NCBI GenBank assembly: GCA_964016885.1
Contig: OZ024741.1
Location: 87,544,001-87,608,000 of the forward strand
Origin: Eledone cirrhosa
Lineage: Eukaryota
Direction: 5' to 3'
DNA length: 64,000 bases
The notes under the pieces are model-generated. The model saw nothing but the letters and a program-made list of their open reading frames with translations, ran no database searches and was not told the origin of the DNA. This document shows, one piece after another, positions 13,690-27,809 of this stretch. Each line of letters opens with the position of its first letter. Positions within the stretch are counted from its first letter, which is position 1. Both the position numbers and the translations under genes were made by a program.

Positions 13690-14296
13690 GTTTCTACTTT
13701 AGGCACAAGGCCAGCAATTATCCAGTGCATTACTGGTACTTTATTTTATCGACCCCGTAAGGATGAAAGGCAAAGTGAACCTCGGCGGGATTTGAACTCA
13801 GATCGTAAAGGGACGTAACTATGCTGGAAAGCATAATAATAATAATGAATAATTTATTAATACACAATGAAATAACACAACTCCCCCTACACACATCATA
13901 AACAACATAAACCTCACTCGTCTACCCACTAAACACAAGAAGCTGCAGGCTAAACCCGATAACAAAACAAAACCGATTCAATATATTAACAAGAGTCAAT
14001 ACTTCCCCAAATCGCACAAAAATAAAAACACAATGTTGCATACGCCTGAGGAATACGGATGTGCATGAGGTGATGCAGTACAAACTCACATGAAACTACT
14101 AAAGAAATAATATTTAGTTATAATTTAGGCACAAGGCCAGCAACGTACGTTACTGGTACTTTATTTTATCGACCCTGTAAGGATGAAAGACAAAGTTAAC
14201 CTCGGCGAGATTTGAACTCAAACCGTAAAGGGCCATAACTATGCTGCAAAGCATGGCGTCCGACCATCTACCGATACTGCCAATCCACCGCCCTTA
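13689..14296 (-). mobile_element. Two further copies of the same SINE (13689-13833, 14120-14296)
   Basis: Same core and tail as 11668-11780; TAA flanks. Confidence 0.8.
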
Positions 14297-14329
14297 ATAA
14301 TAATAATGATGATGATGATGATGATGATG

Positions 14330-14737
14330 ATCCCTAGCTTGCTATCACTGCAAGAAGTGCAAGAAATTGTTTTAACTGGTACTGTACACACACTGAGAAG
14401 AGCACTGTCACTATGAGAATGGTAATCATCTATGCAATTCTCTTTTCATAACTTTATTTGATTATATTCCATAATTTTTTAAGTTTTAAATAATCGAGTA
14501 CTCATATATAATTGATTATCATTCTGTTGTAAATATGATCTTAAACAGATAATGTGCGCATGTATAAAGCAAATGATATGCTTGTAACTGTGTAAATTGT
14601 ATGACGTAAACAATCTGGTGTGTTTATTTTTGTGGCTTAGTATGTGGTGAGTTCCTCTGTCCTAGATGTTGGGAAGATACTGGGAAAGAAATGGAAAGAA
14701 AACTGAAGTAAAAGGAAAAACGCAAATAATAATAATT
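14330..14737 (+). mobile_element. R4/Dong 3' end fragment
   Basis: LQEVQEIVLTGTVHTLRRALSL* then 3' UTR and TAA tail. Confidence 0.7.
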
Positions 14738-14739
14738 AT

Positions 14740-17430
14740 TATTTATTTATTGGCCACTAGGACCGGAAAACAATGGACAATACAAATTGACCAGGATAGT
14801 GGAGATATACATATAATTAATCGCGAAAACAAAGAAAACGGGTAACAAAATGATGAAATAAAACAAGAGAATTCCAAAATAGGGTCGAGTATAACCCAGG
14901 AGTAGTTTAGGGACCTCACATATGCAAAACCACCCTAATCGCCAAGAGCACTCTAATTTCTTCTATTGCTACTTTTTTTTTAACTAAAGGCTACTGATTC
15001 TATTCTAATCGCTCTCTTGAGAGAACACCACCCCCTGTTGTCTACTGTTTTTTTAAACTAACGTACTAATCCGGTTCCTGCAGACTTTACGTACCGGGAA
15101 CGACAGGTTAAGCTTCTAATAACCGGGTCCCTGAAAACATGTTCTATCTAGGTCGACCATGCAGATCACAAATTTGTGGTCGGATAAGTGACCATTAGTA
15201 ATTGTGGAGACCCTACGCTATCCCTCCCTGTTAACCTAATGGAAAACATATCTAAATACGATCTAGATGATCCTATGCGATTGCTCCATGGAATTCAGCC
15301 GTCCTGCCCCGGTCAGGGCATAGGCAGTCACCCATCTATTGCTCACATCCAGGACCACCAATGATCTAGAAAGTTCGTCCGTACCTCGAAATCTAGGCTT
15401 TCCCTAACAGCACAGCCACTCCTCCAATTCCAGGCCGACAAGGAGTTGTGTAGAAGTGATCAAAAATGGGAGCTAGTGCATGCGTGTGGGAAATCCTAGT
15501 CTCACCGACGACTGTCACAGCTATCGCTGGAGAACGGAGGAGGGTGAGCAAGTGATCTTGCTTTGGGGATGACCCCAGGCCGCGAACATTTATGCAATCT
15601 ACTCTTTAAATGGCCATCTTGACCGGAAAGTGTTAAAAACAAAAAATGTGTGCTACTTACTCTCCTGATGCTGTAGGAGATCGGGTGGTTCGACTTCTGT
15701 GTCTTGTTGGGGTTCCTTTGGGAACCCTTTTATAGCCTACTGGTGGCTTTTACATTAGGGGTTCCTACATTGTGGGAAGCTCTCCCTAATGTTTTTGTAT
15801 TTTTCCAGAGAAATATGCACCTTCATTAATGTTTATGAGACTTTAAAAGTGTTGGTACCGAAAATCACTCTCCTCTCTCACTATCTTTATTTTATGTTAT
15901 GCAGGCCATCAATTCTTCATTGGTCCTCCTCACTAGCACGAAGTTTGGGATCTTGTGAATGTTATCTGGTTTGATGTGGAGGAGCACCTCTACACTAAAC
16001 CCAGACTAGTTTTCTCGTTGGGTTCGTTTCACCTCCAGGGAAGTGCTGCTTCCTTCTAGGACGATGCGGACCAATATCCACCAGATATTCACCTTTGGTG
16101 GGATCCCGACACCTACCGTCTTTTCTTCCTAGGAAATATACTTAACGCTCAACTGAGTACCAGTAAGTGTTTAACGGCTAGAGCTTTACTCTTTAGGATC
16201 ACCGAAAGGCCCGGATGCTGTTTGACCCTTGCAATAGTCTATATATTGGGCATTATCTCTTTCGTCCTTTCTCTATCTCAATCTGAATTACTGGCTCCGG
16301 CCATTTCATGTTTGTGGACACATATTTATATATAATAGTCGGTTATATTTTTTGGTATCGGCGCATGATTTTTCTAATTTGATCAGTTTGACTATTTGGG
16401 CAAAACATATTTCTTTTTCTAAAATGTTCATATTACTCAATTCTGTGCCTTTGCAGCAAATATTGTTGTTGTTGTTATTTTGCCGTTATTATTGGCATTT
16501 GTTTTGTTGTTGTCGTCGAGGTTACGGTTACTTTTGTTTTTTGTTTCTGTAATATGTTTGTTGTTGCAGTGGTGGTGGTGGTGGTAGTGATGGTGGTGGT
16601 GGTAGTGGTGGTGTTTGTGGTGGTAGTGTTGGTGACAGTGTTCATTTTAGTATTGTTGATATATTTTTTTGTTTTTAAGATGGTGACAAACAATGGTAAG
16701 TTGCGGGAAATTCGCCTCATAAATTCCGTGCAGAGTTGTTGATGCTGACGTTGTTTTATAAATGGCGCCATCTCATTTTTGGAAAAATTGAGGGGCATGT
16801 TTGGAAAACAAAAACAGGTCTAGCCTTGAGGGCTATTGGTAGAGAAAAAAGTAAGCAATTGACGAAGATACTGTTTAGTTTAGCCATAAAAGGATATCAA
16901 ATGTTCAACAAAATACGTTGGATAACAATAAAATAACAACAAACTTACAATGCTAAACACGAAAGCTGCGTGGGCAGAGCTAAGGCGCGTGCTCTTAGAC
17001 AAGAGGGGACGAAAGCCGTTCAAGGAGCCTGAGTGGCGGAGATTCGGAGTGGAAACAAAGACACAATCCTGTCTTTGACGCACTCGACGGGTGTCTGTTA
17101 CTAGATCCCAAGCAGATGTGGGCGGCTTTTCAGCAGCACTTTGTAAAAAAAGTGTAGTAAGTGTAGTATGCAGAGTTATGGGCCTTAGGTTATCTATTAT
17201 ATTACTTTTATTCGGTTCTTCCCTGAATAGTGACACCAATCTTCGGTTCACATAACTAAGAATGTTCCTAGTCTGTTGCCAGAGACAACTTCTAAGTCAG
17301 TGGCAAAGAGTTTGGGCATGTAACAATCTCGGTGATTTTCTCATCACACAGCCGCCAAACACATTAGTTATTTAATCTGCTGAAATTGATTTTTCACAAC
17401 ACTCTATATCTTCGACCGAGACCCATTGTG
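14740..17430 (-). mobile_element. Heavily degraded Tx1 relic(s)
   Basis: Tx1 3' end at ~14745; APE remnants 15000-15620; RT NLRPITL remnant ~17170-17250; + strand RAKARAL linker at ~16965-17140. Confidence 0.65.
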
Positions 17431-17574
17431 GTTCGTTTAGACAGGCATTTAAATGGAAAATATGAAATTTGAGCATTTTGGTAAATCTGACAATGTTTCG
17501 TAAATAAAGAAAAACATTTATTGATTCAAAATTTCATATTCATTATGTTTACAAACAGAATGTGAGGCAAATAA

Positions 17575-17780
17575 TGGTTCCTGATTTAGGCACAAGGCCA
17601 TCAATTTTAGCGGGGAAAGGGGTAAGTCAATTAAATCGACCCCAGTGCGTTACTGGTGCTTTATTTTATCGACCCTGTAAAGATGAAAGGCAAAGTTAAC
17701 TTAGAACACAAAGAGCTGTAACTACATGCCACAAAACATGTTGACCAACGCTCTACCAATACTGTTAATCCAACACCCTC
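17575..17780 (-). mobile_element. SINE copy (same family as 11668)
   Basis: TTTAGGCACAAGGCC tail and TTATCGACCC..GATGAAAGGCAAAG core. Confidence 0.75.
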
Positions 17781-18219
17781 AGGTGAGGCAAATAATAAAA
17801 AAGGGAAGGAATGGGGAAAAGACAAACTCTATATCTTCCCGTGAACTATATGAGTAAAGAGCTGCCGCGGAAAACAGCTAGTGATACCCACATTCATCAG
17901 TCATTTCCCCTTACAGGGCTTTTTTCTCGGGATAGATATAACCCCCTCCCCCGATCTTGCGGAAGAAATCAACAATTCGAGGATCGAGGACACCCGAGGT
18001 CTCAATAGTGGCCGGCGCAAAAATAAGACAGTCTTTCAAAACCCGGTATTGAGATCCCTTCCGCGCCTCTGTGTTACGGGAGACGTTGCTCGACGTGTAA
18101 TATTTTGTAAATAAATAAACCTTCATAATTTTTTTAATATTAAAATTAAAAAGTATAACTCTCGTTAACCTGTTCAGTGGTCCAGTAATAATTATATAAT
18201 TAAAACAGCTATTTTTGAC

Positions 18220-18470
18220 GATCATCTAAATCTAATCTGACCGAGTTTACACTCGCAAATAAGAAGAAGCAGGGCCGCCCCTAGGAGCATTGGATTTGGT
18301 GTACTTCATATTTGTTTCGGTTGCTGAATACAATCAGGGGTCGCTGCTTCTCCTGAAGGTCAATAGTTCTCTTCTAACTCGAGCAGGAGCGCCTTTCCAA
18401 TTGTCAATTTGCATTGATCATCTGCAAAGCCGCATTGTTCACAGAACCACTACACCAGTCTTTCGATTGG
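18220..18470. mobile_element. Internal fragment of the piggyBac-type MITE seen at 55474-55957
   Basis: Closely matches ~55600-55842 (CTAATCTG.CCGAGTTTACACTCGCAA...CCAGTCTTTCGAT). Confidence 0.75.
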
Positions 18471-18504
18471 TCATTGATTTGGCAGATCGTAATTCATTTC
18501 GACA

Positions 18505-18637
18505 GATGAGTAAACTAGAGCAACGTGAAATAAAGTTCCTTGCTCAAGGACACAACACATCACCCGCTCCGAGAATCGAACTCACAACCTTTCGATTGCG
18601 AGACCAATGCACTAACCACTAAGCCATGCGCCTTCAT
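18505..18637 (-). mobile_element. Second tRNA-derived SINE family (related copies ~27350-27680, 48130-48230)
   Basis: Minus-strand tRNA-like head GGCTTAGTGGTTAG...GAGTTCGATTC then GTGTCCTTGAGCAAG. Confidence 0.7.
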
Positions 18638-18748
18638 GATCAACATGCACTATTACATTTACATATTACTATTTAATAGAAAATGAGATGTTTTTATCCG
18701 GATTTTCACATGTACTTTGCCACTCTTTATAAATAATAATAATAATGA

Positions 18749-19817
18749 TTTCATTTATTGGCCACAAGGGCCGACATGTAGAGTACAATACAAAGACACA
18801 GACAGTGGGGGTTTACAATGGCGAGACTATTTTAACAATGAAAATATAAAAATATAAAATAAACTATGCATAAATATAACAAAATAAATTCCCCTAAATA
18901 ATAATAATAATAATAAAAACATCAATGTTTTCGAAATACACCCATTAATAATAGTTGTCTTGAAATGATTTAAAGCAAGTAAGTCAATAGATACCAAAAT
19001 CCCCAAACCTACAAATATACATAAAAGAAACATTACAACTAAACCGTGCAATGTCTTGTGCCCTTATATCTTGATTGACTTGTCGGGACGCCGTATATCA
19101 CTACGGCGTGTTTTGAGCATGTAAATCTGGTGGTGCTCATTCCTCTCCGATTTCTCCCAGAGAGAAAGAGGCGGGATAAACGAAAAAGAAGTGTAAAGAA
19201 AAATCTATTTCAGTACTGGACTGGTAATTTATTTATCCACTTCCAGGGATGAAATAGAAAAGTTGACCTCGATGGGATTTGAAAACATAGCGTTGAGAGC
19301 CGGAAGGAACAACATGAATCATTTCATCCGATGTCCGAACGACACTGCCAATTCGCTACCTTAGCAGTATTAAGCGCTGTAAATATATTCCATAGAAAAT
19401 ACAAAATCAGAATTGAAACACTGCACATACACAAAGTGCAGTTAAAGCACGCCATAGAAACAACAATTTCTTTATTGGCCACTGGGGCCCACATATAGGG
19501 GACAATACTAAGACAGGGACAGTGGGGGTTAACAATAAAATACACAATAACAAAAACAATTAGCAATCAACATATATAAAAATATATAAAAATATAAAAT
19601 ATATAAAAATATCACAGAATAAATTCCCCAATAGGGGGAGGGCATTCAGGGGTGACTCAGGTACCCACCAATCCTGAAACCACCCGATGCTTCAAGGACA
19701 CATGGAAAGAGTACCCCTTCTCCCTCTCAAATTAACCAGCCTACAGGCGCATGCTCAGAGTAGTCTCATTCACACGGGCCATTCTCGCCACATTCACTCA
19801 CCTTTTAACAAATATAC
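18749..19817 (-). mobile_element. Two Tx1 3'-end fragments (18749-, 19467-19817) with a degraded SINE between
   Basis: TTTATTGGCCAC ends; 19740-19815 matches the ORF2 C-terminus. Confidence 0.65.
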
Positions 19818-20849
19818 TGGCCTCGTGCCATATGTAGAAACAATTATTATTATTACTTAATGGCTGATGATGTACAAGCATGCGCTGAGGCTGCAGCATC
19901 TCCAGATATTCTGCATAAACGATGAACAGGTATAGTGGCCTGCTAGCAAGCCAGGCCAGCGGTTTCTGGGCACTATCCGGGAGGTCAATCCCCTAGTTTT
20001 TGTTGGTAGGTTTTGATGAGGATCTTGAACCCCATTCTGAACCAGTTAACCCGCTTCATCCTATAAATTTAGTGAATTGTAGTTTGATCCTCGATGTTGG
20101 CAGTAGCGACCGTTAAGGAGAAACTATATCGGGCAAACAAAACTTTAATAAACTATAATATTCTAAACATTGAAGAAAGTAGATCCACTGAAGACAAAAC
20201 CAAATAACAGACTCAGATAAAAAATATAATCTACAACAAACCAATGAAAGCAACAAAACAAAAACAGTCAAATACTGGGAAAATTCTACGGAAACCGCTT
20301 CATAAGAAACAAATAAAAGATTACAGCTAATAAAAAATTTTAAAATAACTAAAATTCATAATAATGATGAAGACATTCCTCATAGAAATATTCAACAGAG
20401 AAACATAGCTGCAACAAAAATATGCCTCGAACACTCGCTTATCAAAATATAGAATATAAACGCACAACAAGAAGTTTATAACAGAAACAAAAAAGGAAAC
20501 ATGTGAAGGGAACATAACAAAATGAATAAATATAGATCAACGTAAACACCTTCCCAAGCTACAAATGAGTAAGGAGTTCGATGAAATAATAAGTGCATTA
20601 GAGCCCTGTAAAAGATTCTGTTCGAGGCAACAAAATAAATGACCTGAACTATTCAGTAATGGTAGTATCTAAGTTTTATCCTAACCCCTCCTCAAAAATA
20701 GAAGGAAAATGTACTACATATAATCTTTAAAAAGTACCTTTAGTTAGTAAAATACAAAAAGAAAACTCCGGTGTAAAAGAATTATCATATGCGCTAACGA
20801 TTCTACTATTCCACCACTCTAGGAGCCCGAATAACAAAAACAAATATAT

Positions 20850-21610
20850 ATTAATATAAAACTAGATGTTTTGGAAGCAAAAGAAAAGCTTAAATTAACT
20901 ATACAAACAAACGCAGGCAAAATGTCAGAACAAAATGTCAGCTCTCTCTGAACAAGGATTTTGAATCAACTAACAAAGGGGTTTACAGATTTGTGAACAC
21001 TTATCAATACAAATTCAATATCAATACAAATTCAAGAATACTGGAAAGAAATGCATAACAAAAACATTCTGACCAATAGATTCAAAGGAAAGGAAGAAAA
21101 TATATACCGTATTTCCCGGCGTCGAAGACGCTACTTTTTTTCCTAAAATAAGTCTAAAAAATCTACCATGCGTCTTGGTTGTTTATTATTTTTTTTTTTT
21201 CAAATTTTTGGTTGCCAAAATTAGTGTGCGTCCTCGAGGACGAAGCGTCTTCGGCACCGGGAAATACAGTAATAGCGTTGCAAGCTTTGGTCTCCTCAGA
21301 ACAGCCAACTAATGGAAATCCTTGAAATTGATAAGACATCTCAGTTACTTTTTATAAAACATCACTTGGAAAGAAGTGAATAAGCTGTCGATATTTCATT
21401 TTGAAGTTAAAACAGGCAAAATGTGGAACATAAAAGTTAAAATAGTATCAATAATAATTGGAGCACTAGTTATAATTTTTTTAAATATATGAACAAAAAC
21501 ATAAAACCTATACCTGAGCTCAACCCATAATCCAAAACATAGCTATGCTAGTTATAAGCCGCATGCTAGACAAGTCATAATTCCTATAGTTATAAATATA
21601 TATAATAAAA
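20850..21610 (+). mobile_element. Degraded R4/Dong 3' relic interrupted by a MITE
   Basis: KMWNIKVKIVSIIIGAL at ~21418-21470. Confidence 0.55.
21107..21269. mobile_element. Tc1/mariner-pogo-type MITE with TA TSD
   Basis: TIRs CCGTATTTCCCGGCGTCGAAGACGC / GCGTCTTCGGCACCGGGAAATACAG, each flanked by TA. Confidence 0.8.
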
Positions 21611-22525
21611 TAAGCTGTTATCACATGTTGGGCAGAACCAGTAGTCAGTTGAGTCCTTCATGAGGCTTGCACCCTTTCCTTACCATCGCAAGGAAAACAC
21701 GTAGTTTACGTTTGTTTGTTTGTTTATTGTATCAAAAAATGTAGTCTGTGGGTAAGATTGAAACGACTGGGGTAAAATAGTTCCTTTCGGAGACAAACTC
21801 TCATCAATTCGCCTTTGTATGCTACATCAATTTTACTTTGTTCTGGAATTTAGTTTGTTGTTTCCAGTGTGACTTTAATGCTTCGTTTCCTTGCTGGATA
21901 GAATATGTACAATTTGATTTATGTATCTTATTGGGCGATAATTGTTTCATACCTTCTGTTATGTAAGTTTTTCATGTGTTTTAGTGTTGAGTGGTCAATG
22001 TGTAAGGTATGTACTGTGTAGGATGTATTATTTTATAAAGTGACAATCATATATATTGTTAATTCTGTGAGGTGCTGGTAGTGTGTATGGATGTATTATA
22101 GCAGCGAATGACAATTATGTAAAAGTATGTGTTATTTTGTCGGGTAGTCATCCTACAGGGTATGGTTGTGTGAATTGTTGTTTGCCATAAACGGTCGCGT
22201 TCCACAAAGCGCTTAAACGATTTCCTCCAGAATTACTTGTTGAAAACAACTTTTCTTTTGTGCTCTGGTTACTAACTTTGAAATATTTAAACACTCACCC
22301 TTTGTTGTGTACGTATATTTCTGTAAACATCCAATGTTTTGTTATATTAATGATTCAATGTGCTAGTCATAAAGGTCGTAGCAGTAAATATGTCCTCTAT
22401 CAAACTTTTTAAAGCATTTAAAAAATTAAAAAATAAAAACAAATTCATCAGCCAGTTATGTTCACAGAGTGTCACAATTTAAAAAGCACACGCACACGCA
22501 CACACAAACACACGCGCGCGCACGT

Positions 22526-22578
<53 letters not shown>

Positions 22579-23581
22579 GTGACGAAAACAAATTTCAATG
22601 ACAATAACAAAAACACTAACAAAAATATCTCTACTTTGACCAGCATTACTATCCAACAAGAGGTTTAAATATTAGTCAGCTTCAGGCAAAAGAAAAAAAA
22701 AGCGTGGAAGAGGTTATTTCTTAGGAAAGAGTGATTCCTTGCCGGAGCAATTTACCTAAGAAAAGACAAGCAATAAAGTGATGTATGTACCATTGGATTT
22801 TTCGAAATTCAGATGGGGCTTCAATATGACCTTGAAAGATAAGTTGGTACAATCCTTAGGCATTATGTGGAAAGATATATACTCCTGTAACGAAAGAAAC
22901 CATATTGACTTGTGTATCTATTCAAACAGAAGATGGGACGAGACGGTGTATATGTGTCGTAGGCTACATGCCCACCCACATGATGGTGCCGCAGCACATG
23001 GACAGGAGAAACACAAGGGTCATATAGCCAAAAGCATTGGTACCCACGTAGAATCTCGGCTGGTTGTCATCTATTATACCACAAAGCGGCAAATCGTGAG
23101 CGCGGAGTCGACCCGCAGTAACATATGATCTAGTAAGTCAACATCTAGGTTTTGATGACTCCCCAAGGCCACAAAGCTATCTTGCTATACCAAAGAAAGT
23201 CAATCAAATTATTGATACCCAAACTACATCAGGACTTACTGCCTAGAAAGTGAAAAGAGTGACGGTAAAGAGCAACAGAAGACCATGAATATTGCTACTG
23301 CTCTGTGGCCGCAAGATCACTAGCCGTTCTGACGACAGTCAAGCTGTAAGCAGAGAGAAACAGAATTCCCTCATTTTCGGTGTCACCAGCACCAACACCA
23401 GGTGCCGACGAAGGAAGGAACCGAGGAGAGAAGAACTCTCAGCCAGGGGCTCCCAACAGCAGTTCCTACGCCATTGTCTTTGAAGCGATTAGGAAGAGAT
23501 GGAACTCAGCACAAGAAGAAGAGAAAGAATGAATCGAGACTAAAAGCAAAAAGTAGGCTAGAAGTTGCGACCTAGTAATAA

Positions 23582-23764
23582 TTGTTTCTACTTTTGGCAC
23601 AAGGCCAGCAATTACCCAGTGTATTACAGGTACTTTATTTTATCGACCCCGTAAGGATGAAAGGCAAAGTTAACCTCGGCTGGATTTGAACTCAGAATGG
23701 CAAGGGCCGTAACTCTATGCGTCAAAGCATGGCGTCCGACCCTCTACTGATATTGTCAATCCAA
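23582..23764 (-). mobile_element. Near full-length SINE copy (same family as 11668)
   Basis: Tail, core and tRNA head all present. Confidence 0.8.
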
Positions 23765-24339
23765 ATAATAATTTAACAGAATCGCTGAATGACCTGAAAG
23801 AGGAAAATGGGCATACTGTACTGGTTGAATAGGAGATAGTAGCTGAATATATCTAATACAAAAAAATAGCAAGCTATTGGTTAAAGACACACCCATACTT
23901 TGTATGGCGTGATGTATGAGAATTTTGCTATTTCTAGCGAACCTCTTAACTACGTGACGATACCTGTGCTTATAAATTTCAGTAAAATTCATTATGGCTT
24001 ATATAAAGGTCTTCCGTTGTACTTCTATTCACATATATCAAATCAATACTAGTGTTTGACTTGTGCTTTGTTTCACTGGCCACACAAAAAATGTACGATA
24101 AAAGCAGATTATGTATAGACCCATAACTCGTAAGGGAGTCGTAGAGACGCCGTAGTGACATACGGCGAATTGGAGACATTTAAGCCTGGCAGAGACCATC
24201 CCTCTCTATGTCTGAACACAGCCGAATTCTTCCAGAGGAGGAGAAAGAAAAACAAAGGGAAAAAAAGAAAGGGACAATTTCCAGCTACCATATATGGAAA
24301 ATGATTTTAATAGTACTAAAATGATGAAACATAAAAATA

Positions 24340-25400
24340 CTGAACGTATTATTAAATAACCTAGGAATATAAAATTACCAGGTTCTCCCCACCTTTCTCC
24401 TTGAGTGTTAATACTAATGTAGGAAATAGTTTTAGCTCTCATAGATAACACTTTCCCCTAGGACATAAATGCCACCAGATTTTTAACTGCCATACGATTA
24501 AATTGAATACCCCTGTGCCAGAAACATGAAGTCACGCTTCTTGCATAAACAACAGAGCCCCCAACAACAGAGCCCCTAAGCAGATGGATGTTCTCGCACA
24601 AAAACAAAGTCATGCCTGCTAAATCAATAATGCGCAGCCACGCCCATAAGATATGAAACTGTGATCTCTTCTTCGAGAAGAGACCTAAGTTTCATATCTT
24701 AAGAAATCCTGGATATATGTCGGTATGTCAGAAAACCGGTTTAAAAACCACTTCCTTAATCGTGAAAAAATCTTCAGATGCCTAAATAAAAGGAACAGCA
24801 CAAATTTGGCAAATAAGAAATGGTAACTCATTGACAAGAACATAGACTTCTCCCTCAAATTGAAAATACTGAAATAATCTCGACCATACATAAATGGGCT
24901 CAAAGCCTGTTGATTATGCAATAACAAGAAATGATGGATATTAGATAATCTTCACAATAACAATAGGTCGAATGGAATTCTTCCCGCGGTGCCCCCCCCC
25001 TCCCCCCATCCATGCAGCGAAAGACATTTTAAAGAACAGGACTCCTTCATATATATTTTTTCTTAAAAACTTATTTTACTTCCTAGAGCTCTCCCTATCT
25101 AACTTATTAGTAATTTAGCAGCTGTTGCTCTTGAGATGATCAAAATAACAACTATTTCCTGAAGTTGTCTCCCTTAAGGCAAATAACTTTCTAATATTTT
25201 TCTCCTGATTACATTCCCTTTTGATGACTCTTCTATTTCCTTTCTTTTAAGTAAACATTTTCTGATTCAATTCCAATGACACGGGTTGAATAAGTGGGCC
25301 CTCCAAGCCAACGAAACGAACGTTCCTCATAATAGGCCGTTGTAGTAACAGGCCTTAATAATTATGTTAAAACGCCTCCCACTGACTTGAATTGCTCTAT
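24340..25400 (+). pseudogene. Degraded Naiad-like PLE 3' relic (linker + GIY-YIG)
   Basis: PPFS..V.TNVG, IDNTF/HFP, IFNCHTIK, WIYVGMSENRFK, CxLC remnants. Confidence 0.6.
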
Positions 25401-25430
25401 ACCTTGGATAGCCCTAACAAGCTATTACCA

Positions 25431-25510
<80 letters not shown>

Positions 25511-25653
25511 CAACGTAAATGTCAGACCACTCACTGACAATTTTAGCTTGAACCTTTGGAGAGGTTACAAACTGAAACCTCCAGAGCTCGTGGCCAGACT
25601 GCTCTATATCACATCATACATCGAGTACTACTCTGATTTGTGGTCTTCCTGGT

Positions 25654-25703
<50 letters not shown>

Positions 25704-25708
<5 letters not shown>

Positions 25709-25910
25709 AACAAGTATGACCCCGACGGCAGAGCTCAAGCCGTTTCGACGGCTATTTCTGGACAGAAATAGTCCAGAAATAGCCGTCGAAACGGCTTGAG
25801 CTCTGTCGTCGGGGTCATACTTCTTCCTATTACCTACTCTACTACCCTAAGTATTGAGTACTTTGGTGCGTTATGGTCCATCTGGTTCCTTACCACAATT
25901 CCTTCGTTAT
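25704..25910 (+). mobile_element. ~205-bp palindromic mini-derivative of the PLE at 38863-44174
   Basis: Fold-back 25704-25830 plus an 80-bp tail; closely matches 38863-39000 reversed; (TA)n on both sides. Confidence 0.85.
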
Positions 25911-27809
25911 ATATATATATATATATATATAAATATAATTTTATTTTCTGCAATAACAATAATAATAAAAAAAGGAAACAAAAGGAAAGAAAGAATAGGA
26001 AAATATAGATAAAAAAGAGAGAAAGAAAGAAGAAAAAGAACGGGAGGGGAGGGGATGGCAAGAGCACTGGTGTCGCAGAAGAGAGGGGGGTGAAGGGGGG
26101 TGATTGGACTTTGGGTCTAGAGCATATATATATATATATACATATATTAAAGTAAGCACTAAATAGCTGATATATCAGAAAACTGTACGAGGTTGTGTGG
26201 TGTACAAAAGAGTATACTACCTTTTCAGTATGAGTACATATTTACCGAATATTTCAGCTATTTGATGTATATTTTAATACTTAATGGAATTAGTTACTAG
26301 TAAGCACTAATATTACGTAAATTGGCATTTCTATTTGGTAATAATCTGCATATCTTTACATCAATATCTACAAATTTGGAACATATTTCCAGTTACTCGA
26401 GAAATCTATGTTATCCGTAGGAAATAATATATCTTTCAAAGGAAATGTTTATGTTCGGTGTTCTTTGATAATGGTGAAAATGCCTGTGAATTTCTGAACT
26501 TTATCTTTCGTTCGACTTTAGGACTCTTTTGTTGCAAAGTTATAATATTGATAAAGTGAACCAGGTGATCGATGTACGACTAAAAGACATTGATGCCAAA
26601 TAATAAATCATATACGAGTTTAAAAGAATGCTTTGAAGATCATTACAACATGTATTAACTTTAATATAGTTGAATAAAATTGAGGATGTATCTCCTTCGG
26701 ACAAAAAAAGTTAATAGAGTTGCTCAAGAGACTCGAACTCACATCTGCCGAATGACTGGGTTGCCATTATATCAAAGCAAGACTCTTTACTGCCAAAGCG
26801 CTAGATTATGGGGCATAAACATAGACATAAATATCAACAACGATACACACACACACCCACACACACACACCGAGTCATCTTATGTAGGGGGAGAAGCATA
26901 TAAGGAGTGCATTTTTTAAAAAAATTGTTACATATGGCCTTGAATTATAATTTACTTTATTTTATTCTGAAAGCATGGTTTGATTATTAAAAATTCGGAC
27001 AAGTTAGGCATATAAGCCCCTAGGAGCAGCAAAAAGTGAAGAGGACCGCTTCTGAGAATCGAACTTACATCTGTGGGGATGCCGGCTGTGTTATTATTAC
27101 ACCAAAGAGAGAGACTGACCACTTAACCGTCGTTTGTTTACAGCCAGGAGCTGTAAACTAATAAATGGTTTTAGGAAGCATCGAATGAATTTGAATTTTG
27201 AAAGTCTATTAGGTTATTGTAAGCTGCTGTAAGCAGTTTTTTATGTTATCATCCGCAGAAATTAATACATCTATCAAGGGAAGAATATTTGTTCCGTGGT
27301 CTTTAATAATATTACCCGAGCGATTTTCTCATCGGGGAAAAACTGGTATGTGCCAAATGTTCTGGACCTCCGTCGGTTTCGACGACGAGTGTGTCAGTTG
27401 ATTCGATCAATAGACAGCCTGTTCATAAAATTAACGTACAAGTGGGTGCGCATTCTATTGACACGCTCAGTGTAGTTCTCACAAAGATTCAGCGTGACAC
27501 ATGGTGTAATAAACCTCGCCCTTTGAATTAGAGGTACAATTCCTTTTTGCTAGCTGAGTGGATAGAGCAACGTGAAAATAAAGTGATTTGCTTAAGGACA
27601 CAACACACGACCTGGAATTGAACTCACGATCTTACTATTGTAAACCTAACACCCAAAACCATAAAACCATGCGCCTTTACAATGTACCAAGTACGTTAAA
27701 CTATCCCTTTCTGAGCTTTATCTTTAGACAGACTTTCTTCTGTTGGAAATTAATAATACAATAAAGTGAACTAGGTTACAGATGAACGATCAAAATACTT
27801 TGACGCCTA

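Noticed and set aside
22780-23560. RTE-like LINE relic
   Set aside because: Too degraded to call from sequence alone.
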